From an uncultured Dehalococcoidales bacterium (GTDB lineage: Bacteria > Chloroflexota > Dehalococcoidia > Dehalococcoidales > E44-bin46): a stretch of 64,000 nucleotides of DNA. Both the position numbers and the translations under genes were made by a program. Below the pieces are notes generated by a model, which did no database searches, had not been told where the DNA came from, and saw only the letters and a list, made by a program, of their open reading frames with translations. Shown here in pieces: positions 46,413 through 54,926 of this stretch. Position 1 is the first letter of the stretch. Each line of letters opens with the position of its first letter. Location of the stretch: NCBI GenBank assembly GCA_964354655.1, contig CAYHAL010000002.1, positions 5,680 to 69,679 on the forward strand, in the 5' to 3' direction.

Positions 46413-46597
46413 GTTTAGCAACCTATCCCCTCTAGATATTTATTAACCCACCCCCTTTATCCCCCTCCCTTATGAAGGGAGGGGGAATTTGGTTATATAA
46501 GAGAGGCGAAGCCTCTCTTTGACTCTCCTTAAAAGGAGTTTGAGAGGAGCCTTGCCTCTTTTTTACTCTTAAAAGGGTGAGGTCAATAAATAATTCC
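46413..46597. repeat. Mosaic hairpin repeat element, copy E (short, rearranged)
   Basis: It starts with the inverted right-end fragment TTTAGCAACCTATCCCC, fused to the left terminus TAGATATTTATTAACCCACCCCCTTTATCCCCCTCCCTTATGAAGGGAGGGGG. Two internal units follow. It ends with AAAAGGGTGAGGTCAATAAATAATTCC. Confidence 0.85.
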
Positions 46598-46657
46598 AGC
46601 TAGTTACACTTGACGCCAATCCATATCGACTGATAACCTTATTACAGGGGATATAAA

Positions 46658-47479
46658 GTGGACTTTATCGAAAAGCTAACCAATGCCACTCGTAAGAATA
46701 ACAGCTTACTCTGTGTCGGGCTTGACCCTGACCCAAAGCTGATGCCTGATAAAATAGGCATCTTTGATTTCAACAAGGCAATTATTGATGCTACCTCTGA
46801 TTTGGTGTGCGCCTACAAACTCAACCTTGCCTTTTATGAAGCCCTAGACGATGAAGGACTGGACGCCCTGAAGCGGACTATTAAATACATATCAAACGAC
46901 ATCCCGGTTATCGGTGACGCCAAGCGGGGGGATATCGGTAACACGGCTAAAGCCTACGCTAAGGCTATTTTCTCCATCTTTAACTTTGATGCCACCACCG
47001 TGAATCCATACCTTGGCTTTGACTCAATAGAGCCCTTCATCCAGTATAAAGACAGAGGGGTGTTCATCCTGTGCCGGACGTCAAACGCTGGTGCTCTGGA
47101 CTTCCAGTCTCTTCGCTGTGAGGCAGAGCCTGACTACCGCCCGCTATTTGAGCTGGTAGCCATCAAGGCTAGCCAATGGAACATATATGGCAACATCGGG
47201 CTAGTTGTTGGCGCTACCTACCCCAAGGAGCTAAAGCTGATTCGGCAGAGTCACCCCGATATGCCAATTCTGATACCGGGCATTGGTGCCCAGAGGGGAG
47301 ACCTAGCCTCAGCGGTTCGCTATGGGGTTAATGCTCAAGGGGAGAAGGCGATTATCAGCTCATCACGGCAAATTATATACGCCTCACGAGAAGCGGACTT
47401 CGCCCAGGCAGCACGGCAGGCAGCTTCATCACTGCGAGAACAGATTAACCATCATCTCTCTACCCGCAAATCAGGGTGA
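46658..47479 (+). CDS. pyrF: Orotidine 5'-phosphate decarboxylase (type 2)
   Basis: 273 aa. Motifs: LCVGLDP, K.NLAFYE, DAKRGDIGNT. GTG start. Confidence 0.9.
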   Translation: MDFIEKLTNATRKNNSLLCVGLDPDPKLMPDKIGIFDFNKAIIDATSDLVCAYKLNLAFYEALDDEGLDALKRTIKYISNDIPVIGDAKRGDIGNTAKAYAKAIFSIFNFDATTVNPYLGFDSIEPFIQYKDRGVFILCRTSNAGALDFQSLRCEAEPDYRPLFELVAIKASQWNIYGNIGLVVGATYPKELKLIRQSHPDMPILIPGIGAQRGDLASAVRYGVNAQGEKAIISSSRQIIYASREADFAQAARQAASSLREQINHHLSTRKSG

Positions 47480-47489
47480 TGTAATTAGA

Positions 47490-47717
47490 ATGGCTAGACT
47501 GGGAGGGCAGGTGGTAAAAAGCTTTATCATTGCTCAGGGAAACGAGGAGAGGCTGGAACTAAAGGTTGTGGCTCAGCTTAAAGGTAAAGGGCTGGAAGAC
47601 GAGGGCTTTACCTTTGGACTTTGGCTCCTGGAGAATGCGTCAAGCCCCTTTCTGAAAGGACTGGCTGAGGCAATGGATGAGGCGGAGATAAGGAAAAAGG
47701 TGGGGCTGGGGTATTAA
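47490..47717 (+). CDS. Hypothetical protein (75 aa)
   Basis: ATG at 47490 lies just after the pyrF stop. The 5' part of the 131-aa ORF-track version overlaps pyrF out of frame and is rejected. Confidence 0.4.
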   Translation: MARLGGQVVKSFIIAQGNEERLELKVVAQLKGKGLEDEGFTFGLWLLENASSPFLKGLAEAMDEAEIRKKVGLGY

Positions 47718-47718
47718 A

Positions 47719-47910
47719 ATGGTCATGCCAATAAAGCTGGGCGATGTGGTTCGCCTCAAGAAGAAGCACCCCTGTGGTAGCTATGAGTGGCAGGTAGTAA
47801 GGCTGGGCGCTGATATCGGGATTAAATGCCTTAAATGCCAGCGCCGTGTCCTCCTCGACCGCAGCGTCTTTGAGCATAGAATTATAACCTTTGTTTCCCG
47901 GGGAGAATAA
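47719..47910 (+). CDS. DUF951 family protein
   Basis: 63 aa. GDVVRLKKKHPCGSYEWQVVRLGADIGIKCLKCQRRV is the DUF951 pattern. Confidence 0.75.
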   Translation: MVMPIKLGDVVRLKKKHPCGSYEWQVVRLGADIGIKCLKCQRRVLLDRSVFEHRIITFVSRGE

Positions 47911-49130
47911 TGGCTCGCCAGATTATGCACATTGACCTTGATGCCTTCTTTGTCTCAGTGGAGCAGGTAGAAAATCCTGAGCTTAAAGGTAAACCGGTAG
48001 TGGTCGGCGGTAGACCTGACCAGCGAGGTGTAGTTGCCTCCGCCTCATATGAAGCCCGGGCTTTTGGTTTACGTGCCGGTATGCCCCTTACCACCGCCTC
48101 CCGCCTCTGCCCCCAAGCCATCTTCATACAGGGCAGCTTCTCCAAATATCAGGTTGCCTCACAAAGGTTTATGGCTATCCTGGCTGATTTTTCACCCTAC
48201 CTTGAGCCGGTAAGCCTTGACGAAGCCTACCTGGATGTAACCGGTTTTGAATCCCTTTATGGCTCTATTCATCAAATGGCGGTAGCTATAAAAAAACGAA
48301 TTAAGGACGAGTTAGGGCTTTGCGCCTCGATAGGCATCGCTAGCTGCAAGGTAGTAGCCAAGGTTGCCTCTGAATTATCAAAGCCGGACGGACTAATGGA
48401 GGTAGCTGTGGGAGAGGAGCGCTCCTTCCTGTCACCGCTGCCCATAACCAAACTGCCCGGAATCGGTAAGAAGACTGAGCGAATACTAAATGGCTTAGGC
48501 ATCAATACTATAGCTCATCTATCTATTATGCCGTTAAGCGCCCTTAAAAGCCATTTTGGTGCGTTTGGTGAAATTCTATGGCGCTACTCTAGGGGCATTG
48601 ATGATAGAAAAGTGGAACCCCCGGCTGAGGCTAAGTCCATCAGCCGAGAGACCACTTTCGGCAAGGACACCAGAGACCATTCCCTGCTCAAGGCAACGCT
48701 ACGTTATCTCAGTGAACGGGTTGGTAGCCAGCTACGCCAGCGAGGTAAGCAAGCCAGGTGCGTAACCCTAAAACTTAGATATGCCAACTTCACCACTATT
48801 ACCCGTCGTCACACCCTGAGACAAGGCAGCGATAGCGACCAGACCATCTTTGATACCGGGGTAGGGCTATTAAACCAGGCGCTTTCTCAACAAAAGCCAA
48901 AAGTCCGCCTTATCGGCATCAGGGTATCAAACCTGACCGAGCCAGGAAGACAGCTGGACATGCTGGACTTGTCAGCCCGAAGGCTGGAGCAACTAAATAG
49001 AGCCATTGACCGCATCCGCAAAAAGTACGGCTTCACCGCCATCCAAACCGGCCGCACATTGCTACTAAAAGACATCTTCCCCCCAACCGACGAAGGCTAC
49101 ACCCTCCACACCCCGAGCCTTTCACGGTAA
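47910..49130 (+). CDS. dinB: DNA polymerase IV
   Basis: 406 aa. IMHIDLDAFFVSVE, SLDEAYLDVT and a little-finger domain. The start overlaps the DUF951 stop by 1 nt. Confidence 0.95.
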   Translation: MARQIMHIDLDAFFVSVEQVENPELKGKPVVVGGRPDQRGVVASASYEARAFGLRAGMPLTTASRLCPQAIFIQGSFSKYQVASQRFMAILADFSPYLEPVSLDEAYLDVTGFESLYGSIHQMAVAIKKRIKDELGLCASIGIASCKVVAKVASELSKPDGLMEVAVGEERSFLSPLPITKLPGIGKKTERILNGLGINTIAHLSIMPLSALKSHFGAFGEILWRYSRGIDDRKVEPPAEAKSISRETTFGKDTRDHSLLKATLRYLSERVGSQLRQRGKQARCVTLKLRYANFTTITRRHTLRQGSDSDQTIFDTGVGLLNQALSQQKPKVRLIGIRVSNLTEPGRQLDMLDLSARRLEQLNRAIDRIRKKYGFTAIQTGRTLLLKDIFPPTDEGYTLHTPSLSR

Positions 49131-49142
49131 AGATTAACAAGC

Positions 49143-49170
49143 GAGGCTACACCGTTTTGGGTGTAGCCTC
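49143..49170. terminator. 11-bp perfect stem hairpin between convergent dinB and the 110-aa gene
   Basis: GAGGCTACACC-gttttg-GGTGTAGCCTC. No clear U-tract on either strand. Confidence 0.45.
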
Positions 49171-49249
49171 CAGCAGTCGCCCCCTATCTGTCAGCCGACG
49201 TAAAAGATGATTCAAAGATTGGTAATAATTTGCTCTTATGCTACCTGAA

Positions 49250-49582
49250 CTACTTTTTGGCAGGGAACATTTGCTCTGCCGTCTTGTAAGCCTCAATGAT
49301 GGCTTTCATAGATTGGTTGAAATCAGCCAGCGGATAGACCTCAAAATTCAAGAATCCGCCCATCGGCGCTCCAGCAAGCGTTTGAGCCACGTCTTCAGCG
49401 GACGGATGCTCACAAATAGCTACGATGCGCCCCCAGCCAGAGGTAGAGTAAATTTCCAGCACTTTGCCCGCCTTCTTTAGCTGATTTATCCAGGCAACAC
49501 TTGCTTCAAAAAGCTGCCTGCTTATGGCTGATGGAACCATGGAAAACGTGTCCTTAACCGTACATATGATTAGGAATTTCAT
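49250..49582 (-). CDS. Hypothetical small alpha+beta protein (110 aa)
   Basis: Strong SD AAAGGAGGGGG lies before the ATG. It may have a ferredoxin-like/dimeric alpha-beta-barrel fold (muconolactone-isomerase-like), but that is only an impression. Confidence 0.5.
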   Translation of the reverse strand: MKFLIICTVKDTFSMVPSAISRQLFEASVAWINQLKKAGKVLEIYSTSGWGRIVAICEHPSAEDVAQTLAGAPMGGFLNFEVYPLADFNQSMKAIIEAYKTAEQMFPAKK

Positions 49583-49790
49583 CTTTCCCCCTCCTTTCGG
49601 CTCTCAATGTTCGGGGCGACCAAATTAGCAATGATATATTGCTCCCATTCATAGCCAATGTCAAGCCCAAATCCAGCCCACTTGAATCTGTCAGGGTCAG
49701 AAAAGCCAACTCGCCCTCCGATTAGGGGAAAATCCTCCCTATTTCTCTCATTTCAGCCCAATTTGAGTCCAGCCTCTTGGTAAAAAGATT

Positions 49791-50039
49791 GTTTAGAAAC
49801 CTATCCCCCTGCCCCCTTCCCTTATTAAGGGAAGGGGGGAATTGAGGTAAGAGAGGGGCTTCGCCCCTCTAAAACTCCTTTTAAGAGTTAAAAAAGAGGC
49901 AAGGCTCCTCTCAAACTCCTTTTAAGGAGAGTCAAAGAGAGGCTTCGCCTCTCTTATATAACCAATTTCCCCCTCCCTTATGAAGGGAGGGGGATAAAGG
50001 GGGTGGGTTAATAAATATCTAAAGGGGTGAGGTTGATAA
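49791..50039. repeat. Mosaic hairpin repeat element, copy F (complete, reverse orientation)
   Basis: This is the reverse complement of the A/B/C layout. It starts with GTTTAGAAACCTATCCCCCTGCCCCCTTCCCTTATTAAGGGAAGGGGGG. Three internal units follow. It ends with CCCCCTCCCTTATGAAGGGAGGGGGATAAAGGGGGTGGGTTAATAAATATCTAAAGGGGTGAGGTTGATAA. Confidence 0.9.
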
Positions 50040-50116
50040 CCAATCTCTTGGTAAGTCCTTGTTTTCTAGCCTATTTACACCTATAATAGACTTCGTAGTA
50101 AGAGAGGAGATTTAAG

Positions 50117-51025
50117 ATGCCATTATATGCCTATTTCCGTAAACAGTTCGTATCGCTATCCGAAGCCAAGTTAGGAATTATGACCCATTGCCTTCACTAC
50201 GGTACCGCTGCTTTTGAGGGTATCCGGGGTAACTGGAATAGCCAAAAAAAGCAGCTCTACCTCTTCCGTCATAAAGAGCATTATCAACGACTGCTTAACG
50301 GCTGCCAGATATTGAAGATTGACCTACCCCACACTATTGATGAGCTGTGTCAGATAACAGTTGAACTGGTAAAGAGGTGCCGTTTTCAGGAAGACATATA
50401 TGTCCGCCCTATCGCCTATAAGAGTTCTGAGGCGCTGGGTGTCCGTCTTCATGACCTAGATGTTGATTTCTCAGCCTTTGCTATCCCCTGGGGTCCGTAT
50501 TTGGATATGGATGGAGTAAGATGCTGCGTCTCTTCCTGGCGGCGCCCTAGTGACACACCACAGGCTAAGATTACCGGCCTCTATGTCAATAACGCCCTGG
50601 CTAAGACCGAAGCCATTGAAAATGGCTTTGATGAGGCGATTATGCTTACCTCGGATGGCTATGTCTCCGAAGGGAGTGGTGAGAATATCTTCGTGGTTAT
50701 AGGCGGCAAGCTAGTAACCCCGCCCCCCTATGACCTTATGCTAGTGGGGATTACCCGCGATACGGTAATAAAGCTAGCACGAAACGAACTGGCTATAGAG
50801 ACGATAGAACGGCAGATTGACCGCAGTGAGCTTTATACCGCTGAAGAATGTTTTTTAACCGGCACTGCCGCCAATGTTACCCCAGTAGCTGAGATAGATC
50901 GTCGCAAGATAGGTAGCGGTCAAGCCGGTGAAATAACCAAGAGGTTACAACAAATCTACCTTGAGGTAATACAAGGTAACAATCCCAAATACCTTGAGTG
51001 GTGCACCCCAGTCTATAAGCAATAA
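50117..51025 (+). CDS. ilvE: Branched-chain-amino-acid aminotransferase (class IV)
   Basis: 302 aa. Motifs: HYGTAAFEGIR, the YVRP-like IYVRP, EGSGENIF and GITR. Confidence 0.9.
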   Translation: MPLYAYFRKQFVSLSEAKLGIMTHCLHYGTAAFEGIRGNWNSQKKQLYLFRHKEHYQRLLNGCQILKIDLPHTIDELCQITVELVKRCRFQEDIYVRPIAYKSSEALGVRLHDLDVDFSAFAIPWGPYLDMDGVRCCVSSWRRPSDTPQAKITGLYVNNALAKTEAIENGFDEAIMLTSDGYVSEGSGENIFVVIGGKLVTPPPYDLMLVGITRDTVIKLARNELAIETIERQIDRSELYTAEECFLTGTAANVTPVAEIDRRKIGSGQAGEITKRLQQIYLEVIQGNNPKYLEWCTPVYKQ

Positions 51026-51026
51026 G

Positions 51027-51596
51027 CTATTCTTTATCTTGACCTACCTGTAATGACTTCAACAGGCAAATGACCTGGCAGCTTTCCTCTAGGGTAGTGG
51101 TACAGCTATAGGCCTCTTCAAGCAGTTGCCCAATGGCGAAACTACCATGCCCATGAACCATAACAATCCGGTGTTTCCTTAATGCCTGGGCAATTATATC
51201 AGCCAGACCCCCTGGTTTTACCTCCATATGCCAACCAAGGACTGGGACTCGACCCATCATGGTCAAACCTTCGGCAACATTGGGCACAATCTCAGTTTCA
51301 ACTAATGACAGGGCAACGGCGTGAGGCGGGTGAGCGTGAACAATGGCTAATGCCGGAGTCTCCTGATAAATAGCCCGATGGACAGCTAATTCAATTGAAG
51401 CCAGTGGTGTACACCGGTCGTTTTTACATATCCCAGTCTCAATCAAATCAGGCTCCTGTAAGCAACTGAGACTACAGCCGCGGCGGGTAATAATTAAATG
51501 GTCTCCCAGTCTAACACTCAGATTCCCACTATGGGAACAGACAAGCCCCCGGGTGAAAAGCTCGCGACCTACGGTCTGAAACTGAGATAAGAGCAT
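51027..51596 (-). CDS. Class II aldolase/adducin N-terminal domain family protein
   Basis: 189 aa. Motifs: SHSGNLSVR, ITRRG, VHAHPPHAV and VMVHGHGSF (zinc His ligands). Confidence 0.8.
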   Translation of the reverse strand: MLLSQFQTVGRELFTRGLVCSHSGNLSVRLGDHLIITRRGCSLSCLQEPDLIETGICKNDRCTPLASIELAVHRAIYQETPALAIVHAHPPHAVALSLVETEIVPNVAEGLTMMGRVPVLGWHMEVKPGGLADIIAQALRKHRIVMVHGHGSFAIGQLLEEAYSCTTTLEESCQVICLLKSLQVGQDKE

Positions 51597-51638
51597 AATC
51601 CTCTCTTTCTATAACCGATTTATCCCCCGAGAGGTCAA

Positions 51639-52280
51639 CTACACCAACTGCCTGATAACGGCAATAACCCTGCCCTGAATCTCAACATTATCCGGGTCAA
51701 CATATATCGGCTCCATCTGGCTATTTGCCGGCTGAAGTCGAACCCGACCCGGCTCGGCATAAAATTTCTTCAGCGTAGCCTCTTTTTCAGCCTTAAGCCA
51801 TATGGCTGCCATCTCCCCATTCTCCACTGAATTCACATACTCCATCAATACAAAATCACCATCATTAACCAAGGCATCAACCATTGATGACCCCCTCACC
51901 TTCAGAGCATAAACCCCCTCCCTCCCCTGCGTCAAATCTTTAGTCACCTCCAGAGTCTCTGAAGAAGCAGTAACATCCCAGGTATCGGCAGTGGGCACTG
52001 GTATCGGCTGACCAGCCGCTATTTGACCAATAATAGGTACTTGAAGCCGAGCCCCTGGGGCAGAAGACCGGGCAACCAACTCAATTCCCCGTGACACCTC
52101 ACGATGGCGGCGAATATATCCCTTCTTTTCCAATATATTCAGGTTATAATTCACCACCGATGTCGAGCTAATCCCACACCCGGCAACTATATCCCTGATG
52201 GTAGGCGGATAACCCCTGTCCTCCCAAAAACGATAGATAAAATTAGCTATTTTCTGCTGCTTGGGTGACAATTTCTCCAC
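51639..52280 (-). CDS. lexA: LexA repressor
   Basis: 213 aa. N-terminal wHTH (GYPPTIRDI), cleavage-site region IAAGQP, catalytic Ser in VRGSSM and Lys in TLKKF. Confidence 0.95.
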   Translation of the reverse strand: MEKLSPKQQKIANFIYRFWEDRGYPPTIRDIVAGCGISSTSVVNYNLNILEKKGYIRRHREVSRGIELVARSSAPGARLQVPIIGQIAAGQPIPVPTADTWDVTASSETLEVTKDLTQGREGVYALKVRGSSMVDALVNDGDFVLMEYVNSVENGEMAAIWLKAEKEATLKKFYAEPGRVRLQPANSQMEPIYVDPDNVEIQGRVIAVIRQLV

Positions 52281-52310
52281 CGGTCACCCCTCTAAACTGA
52301 CTCAGTTTGG

Positions 52311-52323
52311 CGAACATCCGTTC
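52311..52323. promoter_or_regulatory. SOS (Cheo-type) box upstream of lexA
   Basis: CGAACATCCGTTC contains GAAC-N4-GTTC and lies 31-43 nt upstream of the lexA start. Confidence 0.6.
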
Positions 52324-52371
52324 TATAAATGCTAAAACAAAATAAGCCCCCCTGTCAACCCCAAAACAAAT

Positions 52372-52653
52372 TTATTTAGCCGGAGCTGAAGCCTGAGCCT
52401 CATTTAGCTTCTTCATTAATCGTGATTTGCGCCGGGCAGCGTTATTGGGATGGATAACCCCCTTCTCCGCCGCTTTATCTAGAGAACCGATAGCAACTAT
52501 TACCGCCTTCTGTGCCAACTCAAGCTCACCTGAGAAGATAAGCCTCTCCGCTTTGGTTATATCGGTTTTACACCGACTACGAATAGACTTATTCCTCAGC
52601 CGCCTTCTTTCAGCTACACGCACCTGTTTTTGAACCGATTTAGTCGCTGGCAA
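52372..52653 (-). CDS. rpsT: 30S ribosomal protein S20
   Basis: 93 aa. Basic helical protein (KSVQKQVRVAERRRLRNK...) typical of S20. Confidence 0.9.
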   Translation of the reverse strand: MPATKSVQKQVRVAERRRLRNKSIRSRCKTDITKAERLIFSGELELAQKAVIVAIGSLDKAAEKGVIHPNNAARRKSRLMKKLNEAQASAPAK

Positions 52654-52674
52654 TATCTTCCTCCTTCCTCAGGT

Positions 52675-54849
52675 TCAAGGGTTATTTTTTACTGTCGCCT
52701 CATCCCCTACCCTGGTTACACCTATCACCCCTCTGACCGCCTCAATTCTCCCTAAGAGCCGTAATAACTGAGCCAAGCCCTTGGTCTCTAAAGTAAGATG
52801 TTCAGTAACAGTATGGTCATCATGCTGAACGAAGCTCATTGCCGCTATATTAACCTTCTCCTCAGCCACAACGGTGGTGATGTCACGAATCAGCCCTACC
52901 CTGTCCCAGGCTTCAACCTGAATACTGACCGGATACAGGGCATCAGTCTGCCCCCATTCCACTGGAATCAGCCTCTCCTTCTCATCCTCATGAATTATAT
53001 TATAACAATCCCGACGATGGACAGACACGCCCCGGCTGCGAGTAACATAACCAATAATCTTATCGCCAGGCAATGGGTGACAACACTCGGCTAATCGGGT
53101 AAGCATATCCCCAACACCTAACACCTGAACCGCTAATACCGCTGGCTTGGGTGGTGGAACTCCGACTATTTCTCTAGGTTGCTCTTGCTGGGCAGCTAGT
53201 TTCAAGGCAACCTGATGGGTAGTAATACCACCATAACCAATAGCTGCCAAAAAATCATCCAAGCTATCATATTTAAATAGCTTGGCTAACTCTTCCCGCC
53301 CGCTGAGTTTTATACCCAGCCGCCGCATCTCTTTATCCAAAAGCTCCCGACCGCGCTCAACATTTTCTACCCGCTCCTGCTTCCTAAACCACTGCCTTAT
53401 CTTCTCCCTAGCGTGAGAGGTCTCGACATAGCCCAACTCAGGGTTAAGCCAATCTCGACTCGGTCCCTTTTCCCCTTTAGTGGCGATGATTTCAACCACA
53501 TCGCCATTTTTAAGCTGATAACAACTCAGCGGCACCAGCCTACCGTTGACCTTAGCCCCTATACACCGATGCCCCAGCTCAGTATGAACCCGATAGGCAA
53601 AATCAAGCGGGGTAGAACCCTTGGGCAAATCCTTTATCTCCCCCTTAGGCGTGAAAACAAAAACCTGGTCAATAAATATATCAGTCTTAATCGATTCCAA
53701 GAACTCAGCCCCGCTGAGCTCCCGGTGCCACTCAATCAACTGGCGTAGCCAGCTTATCCTTTCCTCAAAGCGTATATCCTTCTCTTCACCCTCTTTATAT
53801 CGCCAGTGAGCCGCTACCCCATATTCAGCAATATGATGCATCTCACGAGTGCGAATCTGTATTTCCAGCGGGATTGCGCCATACATTACCACAGTATGTA
53901 ACGCCTGATACCCATTCGGCTTGGGGTTGGCAATAAAATCATCAAACTCCCCGGGCAAAGGATGCCACAGACTATGGATAACACCTACCGCCGCATAACA
54001 ATCAGGCACAGTACTAACCAATACCCGAAGCGCCAGCAGGTCATGGATATCATCAAAGTCCCTGCCCAAGGCAGAATATTTCTCCATTTTCTGGTATATG
54101 CTATAAATATGCTTGGGTCTACCCGAGATTTCAGCTTCTAGACCTACCTTTTTAAACTCGTCCCCCAAAATCTGAATTATCCGGGCAACAAATTCCTCAC
54201 GCTGGGTGCGCCGGGCAGCTATCAGCTTAGCAATCCGGCGATACTTCTTTAGCTCCAGAGAGCGAAACGATAAATCCTCTAATTGCCACTTCAGTTCCCA
54301 TATCCCCAGGCGATGAGCTAAGGGGGCATAAATCTCTAGGGTCTCCTGAGCAATGCTACGCCGTTTTTCCGGTGGCAGAGCATCCAAGGTGCGCAGATTA
54401 TGCAGCCTATCAGCCAGCTTAATAAACACCACCCGCAGGTCCTCAGCCATAGCCACCAGCATCTTTCTCAGGTTCTCCACCTGTAGTTCGCTGGCTGCCA
54501 CACCTTCTCCTGACCAGGAGAGCTGGCTCAGTTTAGTGGTGCCATCAACTAACTTGGCTACCTCCGAACCAAACTTGGCTTCAATCTCCGAAATAGGTAT
54601 GCCGCAGTTTTCCGGAACATCATGCAGTAAGGCTGCGGCTAGAGAGCTGGCATCAAGCTGAAGTTCAGCCAGGGTCAAAGCCACCTGTAACGGGTGCTCC
54701 AAATAGGGCTTGCCCGATTTACGCACCTGACCTCGATGTGCCTGGGAGGCAAACTTATAGGCCTCTTCAACCAAAGCTAGCTTCTCCGGCTGAAGATACC
54801 CTTGAGCCTTATCTCTAAGTTGCCTAAAACTCTTCACCCGCCTCACCAA
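52675..54849 (-). CDS. relA: Bifunctional (p)ppGpp synthetase/hydrolase RelA/SpoT (Rel)
   Basis: 724 aa. HD domain (HRGQVRKSGKPYLEHP, LHDVPE), synthetase domain (YRSLH-like GYQALHT), and TGS and ACT C-terminal domains. Confidence 0.95.
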   Translation of the reverse strand: MVRRVKSFRQLRDKAQGYLQPEKLALVEEAYKFASQAHRGQVRKSGKPYLEHPLQVALTLAELQLDASSLAAALLHDVPENCGIPISEIEAKFGSEVAKLVDGTTKLSQLSWSGEGVAASELQVENLRKMLVAMAEDLRVVFIKLADRLHNLRTLDALPPEKRRSIAQETLEIYAPLAHRLGIWELKWQLEDLSFRSLELKKYRRIAKLIAARRTQREEFVARIIQILGDEFKKVGLEAEISGRPKHIYSIYQKMEKYSALGRDFDDIHDLLALRVLVSTVPDCYAAVGVIHSLWHPLPGEFDDFIANPKPNGYQALHTVVMYGAIPLEIQIRTREMHHIAEYGVAAHWRYKEGEEKDIRFEERISWLRQLIEWHRELSGAEFLESIKTDIFIDQVFVFTPKGEIKDLPKGSTPLDFAYRVHTELGHRCIGAKVNGRLVPLSCYQLKNGDVVEIIATKGEKGPSRDWLNPELGYVETSHAREKIRQWFRKQERVENVERGRELLDKEMRRLGIKLSGREELAKLFKYDSLDDFLAAIGYGGITTHQVALKLAAQQEQPREIVGVPPPKPAVLAVQVLGVGDMLTRLAECCHPLPGDKIIGYVTRSRGVSVHRRDCYNIIHEDEKERLIPVEWGQTDALYPVSIQVEAWDRVGLIRDITTVVAEEKVNIAAMSFVQHDDHTVTEHLTLETKGLAQLLRLLGRIEAVRGVIGVTRVGDEATVKNNP

Positions 54850-54926
54850 TAGCTAATATTATATTTCAAGTATAACCCAACCGCATTGCTGGGGGCAAAT
54901 TTGGCGGTACCTTGACAAATTATGGA

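Noticed and set aside
47400-47910. SOS box upstream of dinB
   Set aside because: No GAAC-N4-GTTC match was seen by eye in the pyrF 3' end, the hypothetical gene or the DUF951 region. A computational scan is still needed.
49583-49740. Minus-strand open frame of about 50 codons (…PLIGGRVGFSDPDRFKWAGFGLDIGYEWEQYIIANLVAPNIESRKEGER*) ending in an ATGA overlap with the 110-aa gene, next to repeat copy F. It could be a gene remnant truncated by the repeat.
   Set aside because: There is no ATG, GTG or TTG start until near its end and no recognisable family. The terminal overlap is explained by the SD of the downstream gene. It cannot be supported without a homology search (tblastn of this peptide would decide).
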